Source of the DNA: a virus
Lineage: Duplodnaviria > Caudoviricetes
Direction: 5' to 3' (one strand)
Virus record (IMG/VR): IMGVR_UViG_3300021066_000072
Span: 1-54,585 of that record
Length of the DNA stretch: 54,585 nt
Part shown: positions 18,701-26,426 of the stretch, in pieces
How the letters are laid out: every line of letters begins with the position of its first letter
How positions within the stretch are numbered: position 1 is the stretch's first letter
Translations under genes and position numbers: made by a program
Notes under the pieces: generated by a model
Told to the model about the DNA's origin: nothing
Database searches by the model: none
Seen by the model: only the letters and a program-made list of their open reading frames with translations

Positions 18701-18863
18701 AGCCGAGCGACGTGTATCCAAATCGCTTGGCAAGCGAGATTGCCCGCGTAAAGACTGCGTTTTCTAGCGCCAGCAGTCTCGTCGTCGGAACCGCCTTCGA
18801 ATCCATTTTGGACTCGATTCCGCCCGCGAATCGGAGTGCGAGAACGGACTCGCGGAGCGACAT
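15726..18863 (-). CDS. Tail nozzle / tail tubular B-like protein (beta-propeller)
   Basis: 1045 aa beta-rich; N-terminal F.GG...K.D; YDYQFGQWS; position. Confidence 0.7.
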   Translation of the reverse strand: MSLRESVLALRFAGGIESKMDSKAVPTTRLLALENAVFTRAISLAKRFGYTSLGLSVLGQVAPYDHPRGMGVRGDELVLFTDDSSYSYLEGAGVWNEIGGVASVKQTDRALIKTISAQTMGDCAAVSGIGLAAWEDSRGGVYFAIVEDNEGRVTLTPTVASATGQRPRCVRCGDKLALLWAESALGQVWAIMIDPASPHTYDDAQFPTVVIDDLIIGSPGFDAVSVGDQHAIGRAAAAICWSTTTGVRVGWLDPSGVIGSPVTGWPSPATIITPTAPITCGPTIVAAPWRQDKVALCWASASDSYVAAVGELATTIVPTAVQELGTAGVDALTIAWRYQLASNGNDGIEVWLEARNAIRRLSNVTRWRVEYGGGIMDNPTPLVINGVCLASKAWTDCAELDATDGAHTAEVDHAYVTLVHDVPLFGVYLTVRDDGICVARTLPTNAGDAPARSHLPSVTDDGDGGRLFRWTAIYKTKLDSVNSDVFTEEGLRLVSLDFAASDSHQTVYAGRTLYLGAACPQLYDGAGWVESGFHYAPDWEESEVLHASSGAGLGGMSNGTRNYVFFYEATLANGEIIRGPVSKRYEVTVAGADDRVVLDVPTLRLTAFGLHGSARENCRVVAARTVDGDATQYFRVTSTNPSTAGDPNGYVANDTSVDSVEVIDDLDDVSLLLQEPLYTNGGISSNDPVPGAGVIAAAKGRIFVGDPNDASAVYPSQERADGYAVEFTPELRIVFPPAGGAVTAVAEQNGVIVGFKRSAIYGATGDGPLANPEAGGAFSLPGLISSDVGALDQRSVVSTPAGIAFQSAKGIHLLDTAMNTQYIGAPVEAYNDQRITRATLVEDTHQVRFLTDEGVTLLYDYQFGQWSTFTNHEGLDSVIVGGDYHYLRNDGRVFRQSAEYADDNLQIPLVIETAWIHLAQAIQGFQRIWHAQVIGTWRSAHILWIQHALDYDVPGNWSEPAIFDCTSMGGSNYGSGDYGSGNYGGDSPTPYQFTVHVGKKCQAIRFRFTFREAAGVSGACAELTELILSAGAKLNRYKLPADRSK

Positions 18864-18886
18864 CAGGCACTCCCCGGGGGTGAGAC

Positions 18887-19303
18887 TTGATCGCCGGCGA
18901 GACGCCGGTCATCATCCAGCCGGTGCGCGTCTACGTCTTGGTGGTTCTGGTTCTTGCCATCTCGACAGCCCGCGCGAGGGCTGACAGATGGACCAAGCGC
19001 GACACCGCCATCCAACTGACGCTGACGACGACGCTCGTCCTCGATTATCTGCAGACGCGGAAAATCGTTGAAGACTTCGGCTATGACGGGAATCCGATTA
19101 TTGGCTGCGGAGGCGCCGTCCGAACCGCCGATTGCAGCGGTATGTCGATCGAGCTCTACTTCGCCAGCGCCGCCATCATCGGCGCCGGGGTCGCTTTTGC
19201 GCTGCCCAGACCATGGCGGTACGTATTTCAAGGCATTGTTATTGGCGCGCAGCTGGTCACGATTGAGCGCAACTACTCCGGCGGCTACGGATTTTCGTTT
19301 TAA
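18887..19303 (+). CDS. Inverted moron-like membrane/secreted protein (start may be GTG 18923)
   Basis: Signal peptide ending ARA, hydrophobic helices, D..QT...GNP, LP..WR, C-terminal GYGFSF; only convincing plus-strand gene in the late operon. Confidence 0.65.
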   Translation: MIAGETPVIIQPVRVYVLVVLVLAISTARARADRWTKRDTAIQLTLTTTLVLDYLQTRKIVEDFGYDGNPIIGCGGAVRTADCSGMSIELYFASAAIIGAGVAFALPRPWRYVFQGIVIGAQLVTIERNYSGGYGFSF

Positions 19304-19305
19304 GC

Positions 19306-20493
19306 TCATGCCGGCCTGTCAATCGTGATGCTGACCGAATAGAGGATCGGCGTACCGGCTGTGCAGCGGACGGTACAGTGATATTCCTCGGTAGCGCCAA
19401 CAGTCTCCGGCGACGCCAAAGTATGAGAGCCGTCAGCGGTTGAGTTTGTATGGGAGAGCGTCGAACCTATTTGCGACGGGGCGGATGTAGATGTCTTCTG
19501 CCACAGCTTCATGTCCAGGGTCCCCGAGCCGCCGCTCGTGGAGTCGGCGCGGATGCCGATCTTTTTGATTCGATCTCCGGTCCTCAGCATCCCAAATGGG
19601 ATGGCAATGCGATTCCCCGTTGCATACGTCCAGATGGCTTCACCGGTAGTGTCGTTAACCGTGTATACCGGCGCTGAAGCTGACGGCAGCGCTGCCGCGC
19701 ATCCGGAGACGTGAAAAGTCACCTCGGTTGTGAACAGATAATCTGGTGATGTCGGGGCAACGGAATATGTCAGGGTCGCATCGACGGTCGATGCGGCATT
19801 GACGTCAATCGCCCCATTGAATGTTACGGCGCCACTGAAAGTGGCCGGGTTCGCGATCGTGTTGCTCCACGTCGTGACGCCGGTCGCGCTCACTTGCTGG
19901 AGCAGCGTCGATCCGGGTAGCGCGGCCGGGAACGTCACTGCGTAACTGGCGGCCAGCGCACTCGGGCTCTGCAGGCGGACGCGGTTGGTAATTCCGCTCG
20001 CGTGCTCGTACAGGTCGATGTCCCCGGCGGCGACTCGACTCCAACTATTCGGCGACGGCGCCGCCTCGAGAAATCGATAGGTCTGATTCGCGTCGTCGTA
20101 GTACAGCGATGCGCCCGCCGCGGCGTAGTCGCCGGCGATTCCCCCGACTAAGGACAAATTCAGCGAGGTACCCGAGGTGACCTTGACGTTCACGCCCGCA
20201 TTCGTGCGCCAGTAAAGCTCGTTGTCGCCCGACGACACGAACAGAGAGCGGGCGACCGTGTACGAGGACTGGGCGGTGAACGATGCGGCTTTGAGGTTGA
20301 TCGCGGCGTTGCCGGCGAACGTCAGGTCTGCGGTGAGATTGAGACCGGCCTGTGTGACTTTGACGCCGCGCCCAACGCTGTGATCGTGTACGTCGAGCAG
20401 GTCGAGTGACGCATTGAGGCTATCGTCCCATGTGCCCGGATCGCCCGCCAGCGACGGCTTGACCAGCGACATGTTGAGAGTCGTGCTCGACAT
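19306..20493 (-). CDS. Tail fibre/spike protein
   Basis: N-terminal LNMSLVKP...W...LN..LD.HDH attachment-like motif; Thr/Ser/Ala-rich beta body. Confidence 0.7.
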   Translation of the reverse strand: MSSTTLNMSLVKPSLAGDPGTWDDSLNASLDLLDVHDHSVGRGVKVTQAGLNLTADLTFAGNAAINLKAASFTAQSSYTVARSLFVSSGDNELYWRTNAGVNVKVTSGTSLNLSLVGGIAGDYAAAGASLYYDDANQTYRFLEAAPSPNSWSRVAAGDIDLYEHASGITNRVRLQSPSALAASYAVTFPAALPGSTLLQQVSATGVTTWSNTIANPATFSGAVTFNGAIDVNAASTVDATLTYSVAPTSPDYLFTTEVTFHVSGCAAALPSASAPVYTVNDTTGEAIWTYATGNRIAIPFGMLRTGDRIKKIGIRADSTSGGSGTLDMKLWQKTSTSAPSQIGSTLSHTNSTADGSHTLASPETVGATEEYHCTVRCTAGTPILYSVSITIDRPA

Positions 20494-21458
20494 TACGGCA
20501 ACCCCAATGCGCACCAAGCGGGTGCGAGGTTAAAAGCCTCAGCAGTGAACGTTTGTGGCGAGCCGATGTTCGTGCTCGGGCGATATGATGCGCGCGTCGC
20601 GTACACGCCGACGTTGAGATCATCGGCAACGCTGAGTCCGCGAAAGACGGCGCCAGTGCCGAGGGACGCGCCCAATTTCCAGCTGAACAGCACCCAGATA
20701 TCCGCTCCAGCCGACAGCGTCACGCCGGTGATGGCGGTCTGCTTGATCTCCAGAGAGCCGGCGAACCCAGTCGTGTCCGACGCACTGGCGTCGGCATAGG
20801 CTACCGCTGTAAGCGCTGGGCTCGCGCCAGGCGTGCCGGTCGCGACGCCCACTTCGGCCCACGGCGTGCCGCCGCTGCCGGCAACGTAGGCCGTAGTTGT
20901 TCGGTAGCGCAGCTGCACCGTCGCCGAGCTCAGAGGGACGGGTAGGCGGCCGAAGTAAATAGCGCCGGCTGCCCCGTCACCGTAGTTTTTCGTTCCGCCG
21001 GCGCCCGTCGCAAAAAACGGCGGCCACAGCCACGACGAGAGCCGATTGACTCCGATCGGGTCGTATCGAGCGTCGCCATCCGCTCGCGTGAGCACAGATG
21101 TCGAAGCGGCCACGCCGAGCGCCCGCTTGGTAAATGCGTCCGCACCAGTCTGCTCTACGAGACCGGCCGTTGCGTTGAGACCAGCCAGTGCCGTCAGCGT
21201 TCCGTCGAGCGGCTGCTGATTCTGGACGGTCCAGACGGACCCACTGCCCGAGACCACGACGTCGCCCTTGTCGCCGTCGGTTACTCCACTACCGCCGCCC
21301 CCTCCGCCGCCTTCGAGCTCCAGAGGGAAGCCGCCTGGGGTCCTTCCGTCGTGGACAACGACCGTGTGCTTGTCCGTATCGACAGTGATCTCGCCTTCCG
21401 CGCCCGTGAAGCGAGCATGCTTTCGCGTGGAGCCGCGGCGGAGCCGGAGGACGCTCAC
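20493..21458 (-). CDS. Receptor-binding protein with Mtd N-terminal domain
   Basis: LRRGSTRKHARFTGAEGEITVDTDKHTVVVHDGRTPGGFPL closely resembles the Bordetella phage BPP-1 Mtd N-terminus. Confidence 0.85.
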   Translation of the reverse strand: MSVLRLRRGSTRKHARFTGAEGEITVDTDKHTVVVHDGRTPGGFPLELEGGGGGGGSGVTDGDKGDVVVSGSGSVWTVQNQQPLDGTLTALAGLNATAGLVEQTGADAFTKRALGVAASTSVLTRADGDARYDPIGVNRLSSWLWPPFFATGAGGTKNYGDGAAGAIYFGRLPVPLSSATVQLRYRTTTAYVAGSGGTPWAEVGVATGTPGASPALTAVAYADASASDTTGFAGSLEIKQTAITGVTLSAGADIWVLFSWKLGASLGTGAVFRGLSVADDLNVGVYATRASYRPSTNIGSPQTFTAEAFNLAPAWCALGLP

Positions 21459-21652
21459 GGCAGTTCTCCAAAGTCGAAGTCGCCCACGCGGTCGATGAGT
21501 TCGTTGACCGCCGTCGCGAGCTCATCGAGCGCGCGCGTGACCGCCGCGGCCCCGGGGCTCGGCGACCCAGACGAGACCTCCTGCGGGCGTGGAGGCGCAA
21601 CCTTCGCAATCAGATTGCGCGTGCGCCGGCTGCCTATGGCTCGGCCGCTCAT
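21455..21652 (-). CDS. Small tail-associated protein
   Basis: Coupled at both ends; short coiled coil. Confidence 0.6.
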   Translation of the reverse strand: MSGRAIGSRRTRNLIAKVAPPRPQEVSSGSPSPGAAAVTRALDELATAVNELIDRVGDFDFGELP

Positions 21653-22299
21653 CGCCAGTCGAATCCGATCTCGCCGGGGAGCGGGACATATTCCGGCTCG
21701 GCCGACTGTCGCTCGCCGGCAGCGGCTCGGACTCGGTCCCGAATCTGCGCCGCCACTGCGAGACGACCTCGGTTGTCACGCTCCTCGCGGTCGTCGAGAA
21801 CGGCGAGGACGGTGTAGATGACAAACTTCTCCCACCCGTTCGGAAAATCAAAAGTATCCGCGTCGAGCGCCAATACTGTCGCCGCCGGCACATACCGGAC
21901 CCGCGTTTGATACACCGCGTCTGGCGTCGGGAAGAGCTCGATGGTGGCGCCCTGCGCCATGTATCCGATCGGCTGTCCTTTCGAGGAGTCGTACCCGTAG
22001 GTCTGCTTGATTGTTAACCGGGTCAGTGGATACCAGCTGCCGTTGAGCTGAATATCGAAAGCGCGCAAACGAAGGAGCCCAGCCGGCATTGCCACCGTCG
22101 CAGTGCCCGCCACCGTAGGGATGTTGGCGCTCGTCAGGTCCCGATAGCCCTCCCAGGTCTCGTCGAGCATATCGCAGTACTCGCCGATGGCGTCATTGAT
22201 TTGCTCGTTGAGAAACGCATTCGTAAACACAGCCGAGTTTTCGTAGTCACCTATTCGGCGAATACGGTCCCGAAGCGTTTCGAGCGTAATTGCAGTCAT
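21649..22299 (-). CDS. Head-tail adaptor (tail tubular A-like)
   Basis: TLETLRDRIRR.GD..N...F....LN..IN; FPTPD..Y..RVRY. Confidence 0.75.
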   Translation of the reverse strand: MTAITLETLRDRIRRIGDYENSAVFTNAFLNEQINDAIGEYCDMLDETWEGYRDLTSANIPTVAGTATVAMPAGLLRLRAFDIQLNGSWYPLTRLTIKQTYGYDSSKGQPIGYMAQGATIELFPTPDAVYQTRVRYVPAATVLALDADTFDFPNGWEKFVIYTVLAVLDDREERDNRGRLAVAAQIRDRVRAAAGERQSAEPEYVPLPGEIGFDWR

Positions 22300-22313
22300 T
22301 GTAATTCCGTTCG

Positions 22314-22385
22314 TCGCGGAACGCCGAGTCGCACGGCTCAGTCCAGCGTTATGAGCGCCGGCGGGGTCCTGGCCCCTGTCCCGCA
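22314..22385 (-). ncRNA. Non-canonical tRNA-Met(CAT)-like cloverleaf
   Basis: TGCGGGA/TTCCGCG acceptor stem; GGGG/CCCC D stem; CCGGCG-CTCATAA-CGCTGG anticodon arm; GCCG-TGCGACT-CGGC T arm; no CCA. Confidence 0.6.
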
Positions 22386-22437
22386 ATGACCCCCTTGCGG
22401 GGGCGGGCTGACATCAACGCGGAGCGAAGGAGAAAAA

Positions 22438-23247
22438 CTACGCGTCGATAACCTTGGTGATTTCCAGCGTACTGCCGGCTTTGGCCGTAATCGTGCCGGC
22501 CTCTGCAGCGAACTGCACCGCGAACGTACCCGCGGTAGACGGAATGTAAATTCCCTCCACTACTGCAACGTTGCTCGCTGCAGCTGCCGGCGAAGTGGCA
22601 TTCGCCGCTGCCGGCAACTGCACTGCCCCGAGTCCGTTGTTCACGGTCTCACTGGTCGTCGTCAAACCGTAGTTGCTGCGATATCCGGTACCGGCCGAGG
22701 CCGCCGGACCGTTGATGGTCCAGCGAGAGCCGCTGGTCGTCGCATCCGCCGCATACACGCAGACAGCTCGGAATTTATAGGTGTCGCCAGCATCCACGGC
22801 GATTGTCAGCCCAGCGACGTTTGCGAGCGTGTCTGCGGCCGAGTTCGCCGTGTCGGCCGTTGCGGTGAGAAGCGTGTACCCCGAGGGCGCGACGCTCATC
22901 ACAGTCCAGCCGTTGTTCTCGTCGTACTCCATCTGCGCGCCAGCGACCAGCGTAGCCTTGAAGATCTCCACCGCGACGCCGTCGGCGTCGGTGTGTTTGA
23001 CCGTCACTGTGTTGCTGGAGCTGTCGATATTGCGCAGTACCAGAGTTGCTACTCGTCGCGACTTACTGCAACCGGAGCCGCGTGGGCCCTCGAGCACCGT
23101 GGTCGTGGTCGCAGTCGTAATCTTGGTGTTGTCGCTGCCGGGTACGTTGTTGGTGTTTGACCCCTCGTCGTGCCAAGAGGCGTGGACGTCGATATCCGCA
23201 CCCGTAGACGTGACGACGGAAATGAGTTCGCCAGTACGTAAATTCAT
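22438..23247 (-). CDS. Minor capsid/decoration protein
   Basis: Directly after MCP; Thr/Ala-rich beta composition. Confidence 0.55.
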   Translation of the reverse strand: MNLRTGELISVVTSTGADIDVHASWHDEGSNTNNVPGSDNTKITTATTTTVLEGPRGSGCSKSRRVATLVLRNIDSSSNTVTVKHTDADGVAVEIFKATLVAGAQMEYDENNGWTVMSVAPSGYTLLTATADTANSAADTLANVAGLTIAVDAGDTYKFRAVCVYAADATTSGSRWTINGPAASAGTGYRSNYGLTTTSETVNNGLGAVQLPAAANATSPAAAASNVAVVEGIYIPSTAGTFAVQFAAEAGTITAKAGSTLEITKVIDA

Positions 23248-23269
23248 TGTTCAGCTGCCTTTCTTGTGA

Positions 23270-24571
23270 TTAGGCGGTGGGCAGCTTCGCGACGCCGTTT
23301 TTGCCGGGCGCCTCGCAGCCAAGGTTGATGTACGCGGCGAGCCAGCACTCAACCTCGGGCACAGTGAGCCCGCTGGTCCAGGTGTCGACGCGCAGCATGG
23401 AGTCGCCGACTTGCTCGAGGGCAAAGCAGGGGACGCTGTCTCCGACGTAGCGGAGCGTCCACGTGTCACGCTGGAGCATGTACAAGCGGTTTGACGGGCA
23501 GTACCGAGACGGAACGATCGTCACGCGGAATCCGCCGACGAGCGCACGCATTCCCGGATAGAGCCGCGAGATGATCAACTCGCTGCCGTCCGCCGTGCGG
23601 TCCCGAGCGGAGACCTCGACCATCTCGAATCCCTTGCGGGCGGTCAGCCAGATCTGCTGCAGCTCGGCAAAGAAATCGATTGGGCAGATGACCAAGTCCG
23701 GCTTTCCGCCGTGCTTCGACAGCTCCGATGCCAGTCGGATCATGATCCCGTTGGCGTCGAGAGACGCCTGGGTGGCGTCGAAGTAGACGCCGCCAAGGCG
23801 TTGCGGATTGCTCGAACGAGTCAGTCCGTAGAACGAGGCCGCGAGCTTCGTGGAGCGGTCGTCAACCGGAAGCCACGACTCGAGACCGGCAATACAGGAG
23901 TCGTAGTCGCCGTCTTGGAAGATAAAATCCCCGACAGCCATGCCGGTCTCGGTCGAGAGATTCGCGCCCGCAGTGAGCACGGTACCGGCGTCGTAGTCGA
24001 CACTCGACACAGTCGCGATACCGGACAGCGTGCCGCCCGCTCTGACAGAGCCACCGCCGTCTGCCGTCGAGAAGTTGAGCTTGTCGCCCGGCTGAAAGTT
24101 GAAGGCGTCGGCCTTGTCCTCGAGGATGATCGTCGCGGACGTGACTGTGGTCGTGCTCTTGACCTTGCCGATTCGGCCTGACGTCGAACGAAACAGGCGC
24201 CGCTCGACCTTGGAGCTGAGCTCCTGGAATCCGAAGTCGAATTCCTTCGAGACTCGAATGACACTCTCCGAGGCTTTGTCGCCCGACAGCATCAAGTGCA
24301 GATCGACGCCGACCCGCTGGAACATCGACACGCGGGTGATGTTCAGCTTCGACTGTCGAGAAGCAGTCCCGTTAGACTTCGCCTTGGTGAACGAAGCCGA
24401 AGAACCGCCCGGTGCATTCGTGTGAACGGTCTGGACGAAATAATCGCCACCTGACCGCTCCTTGGGGAAGGTCCCCATCAATACGTTGTCGACAAAGGCG
24501 AGGGATTTAACCTCCTTCTCGCCGTACATCTCTTTCAGTGACGCGTCCCAGTCGCTAAACGTTGCGCCCAT
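23270..24571 (-). CDS. Major capsid protein
   Basis: 433 aa after scaffold; LKEMY..., IAGLESWLP, NLGC..PGKNG. Confidence 0.8.
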   Translation of the reverse strand: MGATFSDWDASLKEMYGEKEVKSLAFVDNVLMGTFPKERSGGDYFVQTVHTNAPGGSSASFTKAKSNGTASRQSKLNITRVSMFQRVGVDLHLMLSGDKASESVIRVSKEFDFGFQELSSKVERRLFRSTSGRIGKVKSTTTVTSATIILEDKADAFNFQPGDKLNFSTADGGGSVRAGGTLSGIATVSSVDYDAGTVLTAGANLSTETGMAVGDFIFQDGDYDSCIAGLESWLPVDDRSTKLAASFYGLTRSSNPQRLGGVYFDATQASLDANGIMIRLASELSKHGGKPDLVICPIDFFAELQQIWLTARKGFEMVEVSARDRTADGSELIISRLYPGMRALVGGFRVTIVPSRYCPSNRLYMLQRDTWTLRYVGDSVPCFALEQVGDSMLRVDTWTSGLTVPEVECWLAAYINLGCEAPGKNGVAKLPTA

Positions 24572-24600
24572 GGTGGGCTCGCTTTCCCCACCACCTCCTT
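24571..24600 (-). promoter_or_regulatory. MCP ribosome-binding site split by a hairpin
   Basis: AAGGAGG lies 22 nt from ATG; intervening TGGTGGG-9 nt-CCCACCA stem. Confidence 0.5.
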
Positions 24601-24620
24601 CCCCGGGCCGTTGCCGTCGG

Positions 24621-25976
24621 CTACTTCTTCATCAGGTGCCGGCGCGCAATCTCAGCTCGTCGAGCATCGCGGGCATCTCTGTCCGTTGGATCGATCTCGA
24701 TGATTCCGGTCTTGTGCGTCGGTGTCACTTTCGCGACGGGCGCGGCGGCTGCTTGTTTGGCGCTCAGTGTCTTGGGCGATGCGATTCCGGGCTTTGCCGG
24801 TGCCGTGGACGGTTTCTGCTTGGGCGCCCCAGCCGTCTCACTTGTCGCGGAGGCGGATACCGGCGTGGTGACCGGGGTTGGGGCGGTGATTCTTGAATTG
24901 TTTGGTAGGCCGAGTTTCGCAATTCGCTCTGCTCGTGCCCGGTAGTGATCGTTCGTGAGCCGTAGTGCCTCTCGTAAGTCGGCTTCGTCGCCAGCCGACC
25001 TGAGTCGCCCGCTCTGTACCGCTGCCGTAAACAGATCTACCGCCACTTCAGCTGGTGCTCGGCGATCCAGTTCGGTAGCGAGTCCCAGATACGGGTACTC
25101 GTCCTTGACGGCGTTAATGGCCGTCGTCACGAAATCGACAACCTGCTTGCGCTGGGCATCTCGCCCGGTTGTCTCTTTGGAAGCGGTCTGAACTATCTCT
25201 TTGAGACTCTCCTGGCGGTCCCAGCGTTCAGAGGTGCGCTGTTGCTTCCCTTCGCTAGAGAGAGCATCATCACCAATCGCTCTGCGAGTCAACTCACGCT
25301 GTAAAAACGCGAGGTCTGTTTCGATTGATGCGTGGTCAGGCTTGACGCCCAGTATCCGAGCGATGTGCTTCTGCAGACTGGCGACCGGGTCGCGCAGCCA
25401 CGACTGACGATCGTCGTCTGGCACATGACCTGACTCAACATGCGCGAGTCGCGCGCGGCTTAGGGCGAGCTCATTTTGCAGCTGATCGATCTCCGCCTTG
25501 TGAGCGGCGAGAGCAACGGCGTCTGGCTTCGCCTCCTCGACCTTCGCCTCGGCTTCAGTCGGCGCAGCCTCGGCTTCCGCTGGTGACTCCTCAGTCTCCG
25601 CGGCCTGCTCGCCCTCGTCGAGCACGACCTCGGTTGGTTTTGCCCCAGGTTCCGGCGTGTCATCGGTTTCAGCAGACTCCTCTACAGTATCCGACGCTGC
25701 CTCAACTTGAGACACTGTCTCTGTCGGCGGAGCTGCCTTGGCGCTTATCACCGCCGGAGCAGCCTTCCCTCCGCCACTATGGGCGGCGGCCATCTTGGCG
25801 ATGCCGGCGGCGATACGACTTGCTCGGCTGCTCTCCGCGTCGAGCGGGGCGCCGTCTACGCCGGGCCGGTGCGCGGAAAAAACCACCTCGACGGCCGGTT
25901 TGTTGAGATTCTGGGTCGCAGCGTCGCTGCCGACCAATACGGATCCATCGCCTTCGGCGATGAGGCCATTAGCCAT
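24621..25976 (-). CDS. Scaffolding protein
   Basis: Acidic disordered N-terminus, coiled coil, basic C-terminal helix; between portal and MCP. Confidence 0.7.
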   Translation of the reverse strand: MANGLIAEGDGSVLVGSDAATQNLNKPAVEVVFSAHRPGVDGAPLDAESSRASRIAAGIAKMAAAHSGGGKAAPAVISAKAAPPTETVSQVEAASDTVEESAETDDTPEPGAKPTEVVLDEGEQAAETEESPAEAEAAPTEAEAKVEEAKPDAVALAAHKAEIDQLQNELALSRARLAHVESGHVPDDDRQSWLRDPVASLQKHIARILGVKPDHASIETDLAFLQRELTRRAIGDDALSSEGKQQRTSERWDRQESLKEIVQTASKETTGRDAQRKQVVDFVTTAINAVKDEYPYLGLATELDRRAPAEVAVDLFTAAVQSGRLRSAGDEADLREALRLTNDHYRARAERIAKLGLPNNSRITAPTPVTTPVSASATSETAGAPKQKPSTAPAKPGIASPKTLSAKQAAAAPVAKVTPTHKTGIIEIDPTDRDARDARRAEIARRHLMKK

Positions 25977-26012
25977 AATAAACTCCTCGCCGGACGCACC
26001 GGCTTTGTGACG

Positions 26013-26426
26013 TCAGTCGAGGCGAATGATACCGGTGTATATCGGCCTATCGCATTTGATGTCTGCTAGCCGCGGGACACGCAGCTCCGCCTTGCCAAAG
26101 GCAGGGGCCAGGACATCAGCCATGCTTTGAAACACGGTGGCCTGCCCTTCTTCGTCGAGCTTGAATGCTTGAGCTTCTTCACTGGTGAGATTGAAGGCTT
26201 TGATTAAGGCCTTGCAACACTCCGGCCCCGGCACCGACAAAGGGATGCGCTGTTCGATGCGATCGAAGCCGATCTGCTCATCGACAGTGAAGACGAGGGC
26301 GGGCATCGGCTCAATGGCCACCGTGCAACCGTCTATTTTCAGTTCGACGACTGAACTTTCCTGGCGGTGGATTAGCGTCGCCTGCCGAGACAGCATCTCC
26401 GCCGCCAGTTGCTCAATGGAGCGCAT
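26013..26426 (-). CDS. Hypothetical protein
   Basis: TGATG coupling to portal. Confidence 0.6.
   Translation of the reverse strand: MRSIEQLAAEMLSRQATLIHRQESSVVELKIDGCTVAIEPMPALVFTVDEQIGFDRIEQRIPLSVPGPECCKALIKAFNLTSEEAQAFKLDEEGQATVFQSMADVLAPAFGKAELRVPRLADIKCDRPIYTGIIRLD

Noticed and set aside
20493-21458. Diversity-generating retroelement implied by Mtd_N
   Set aside because: No reverse transcriptase ORF and no near-identical template/variable repeat pair seen; the paralogue at 6699-7352 is similar only at protein level
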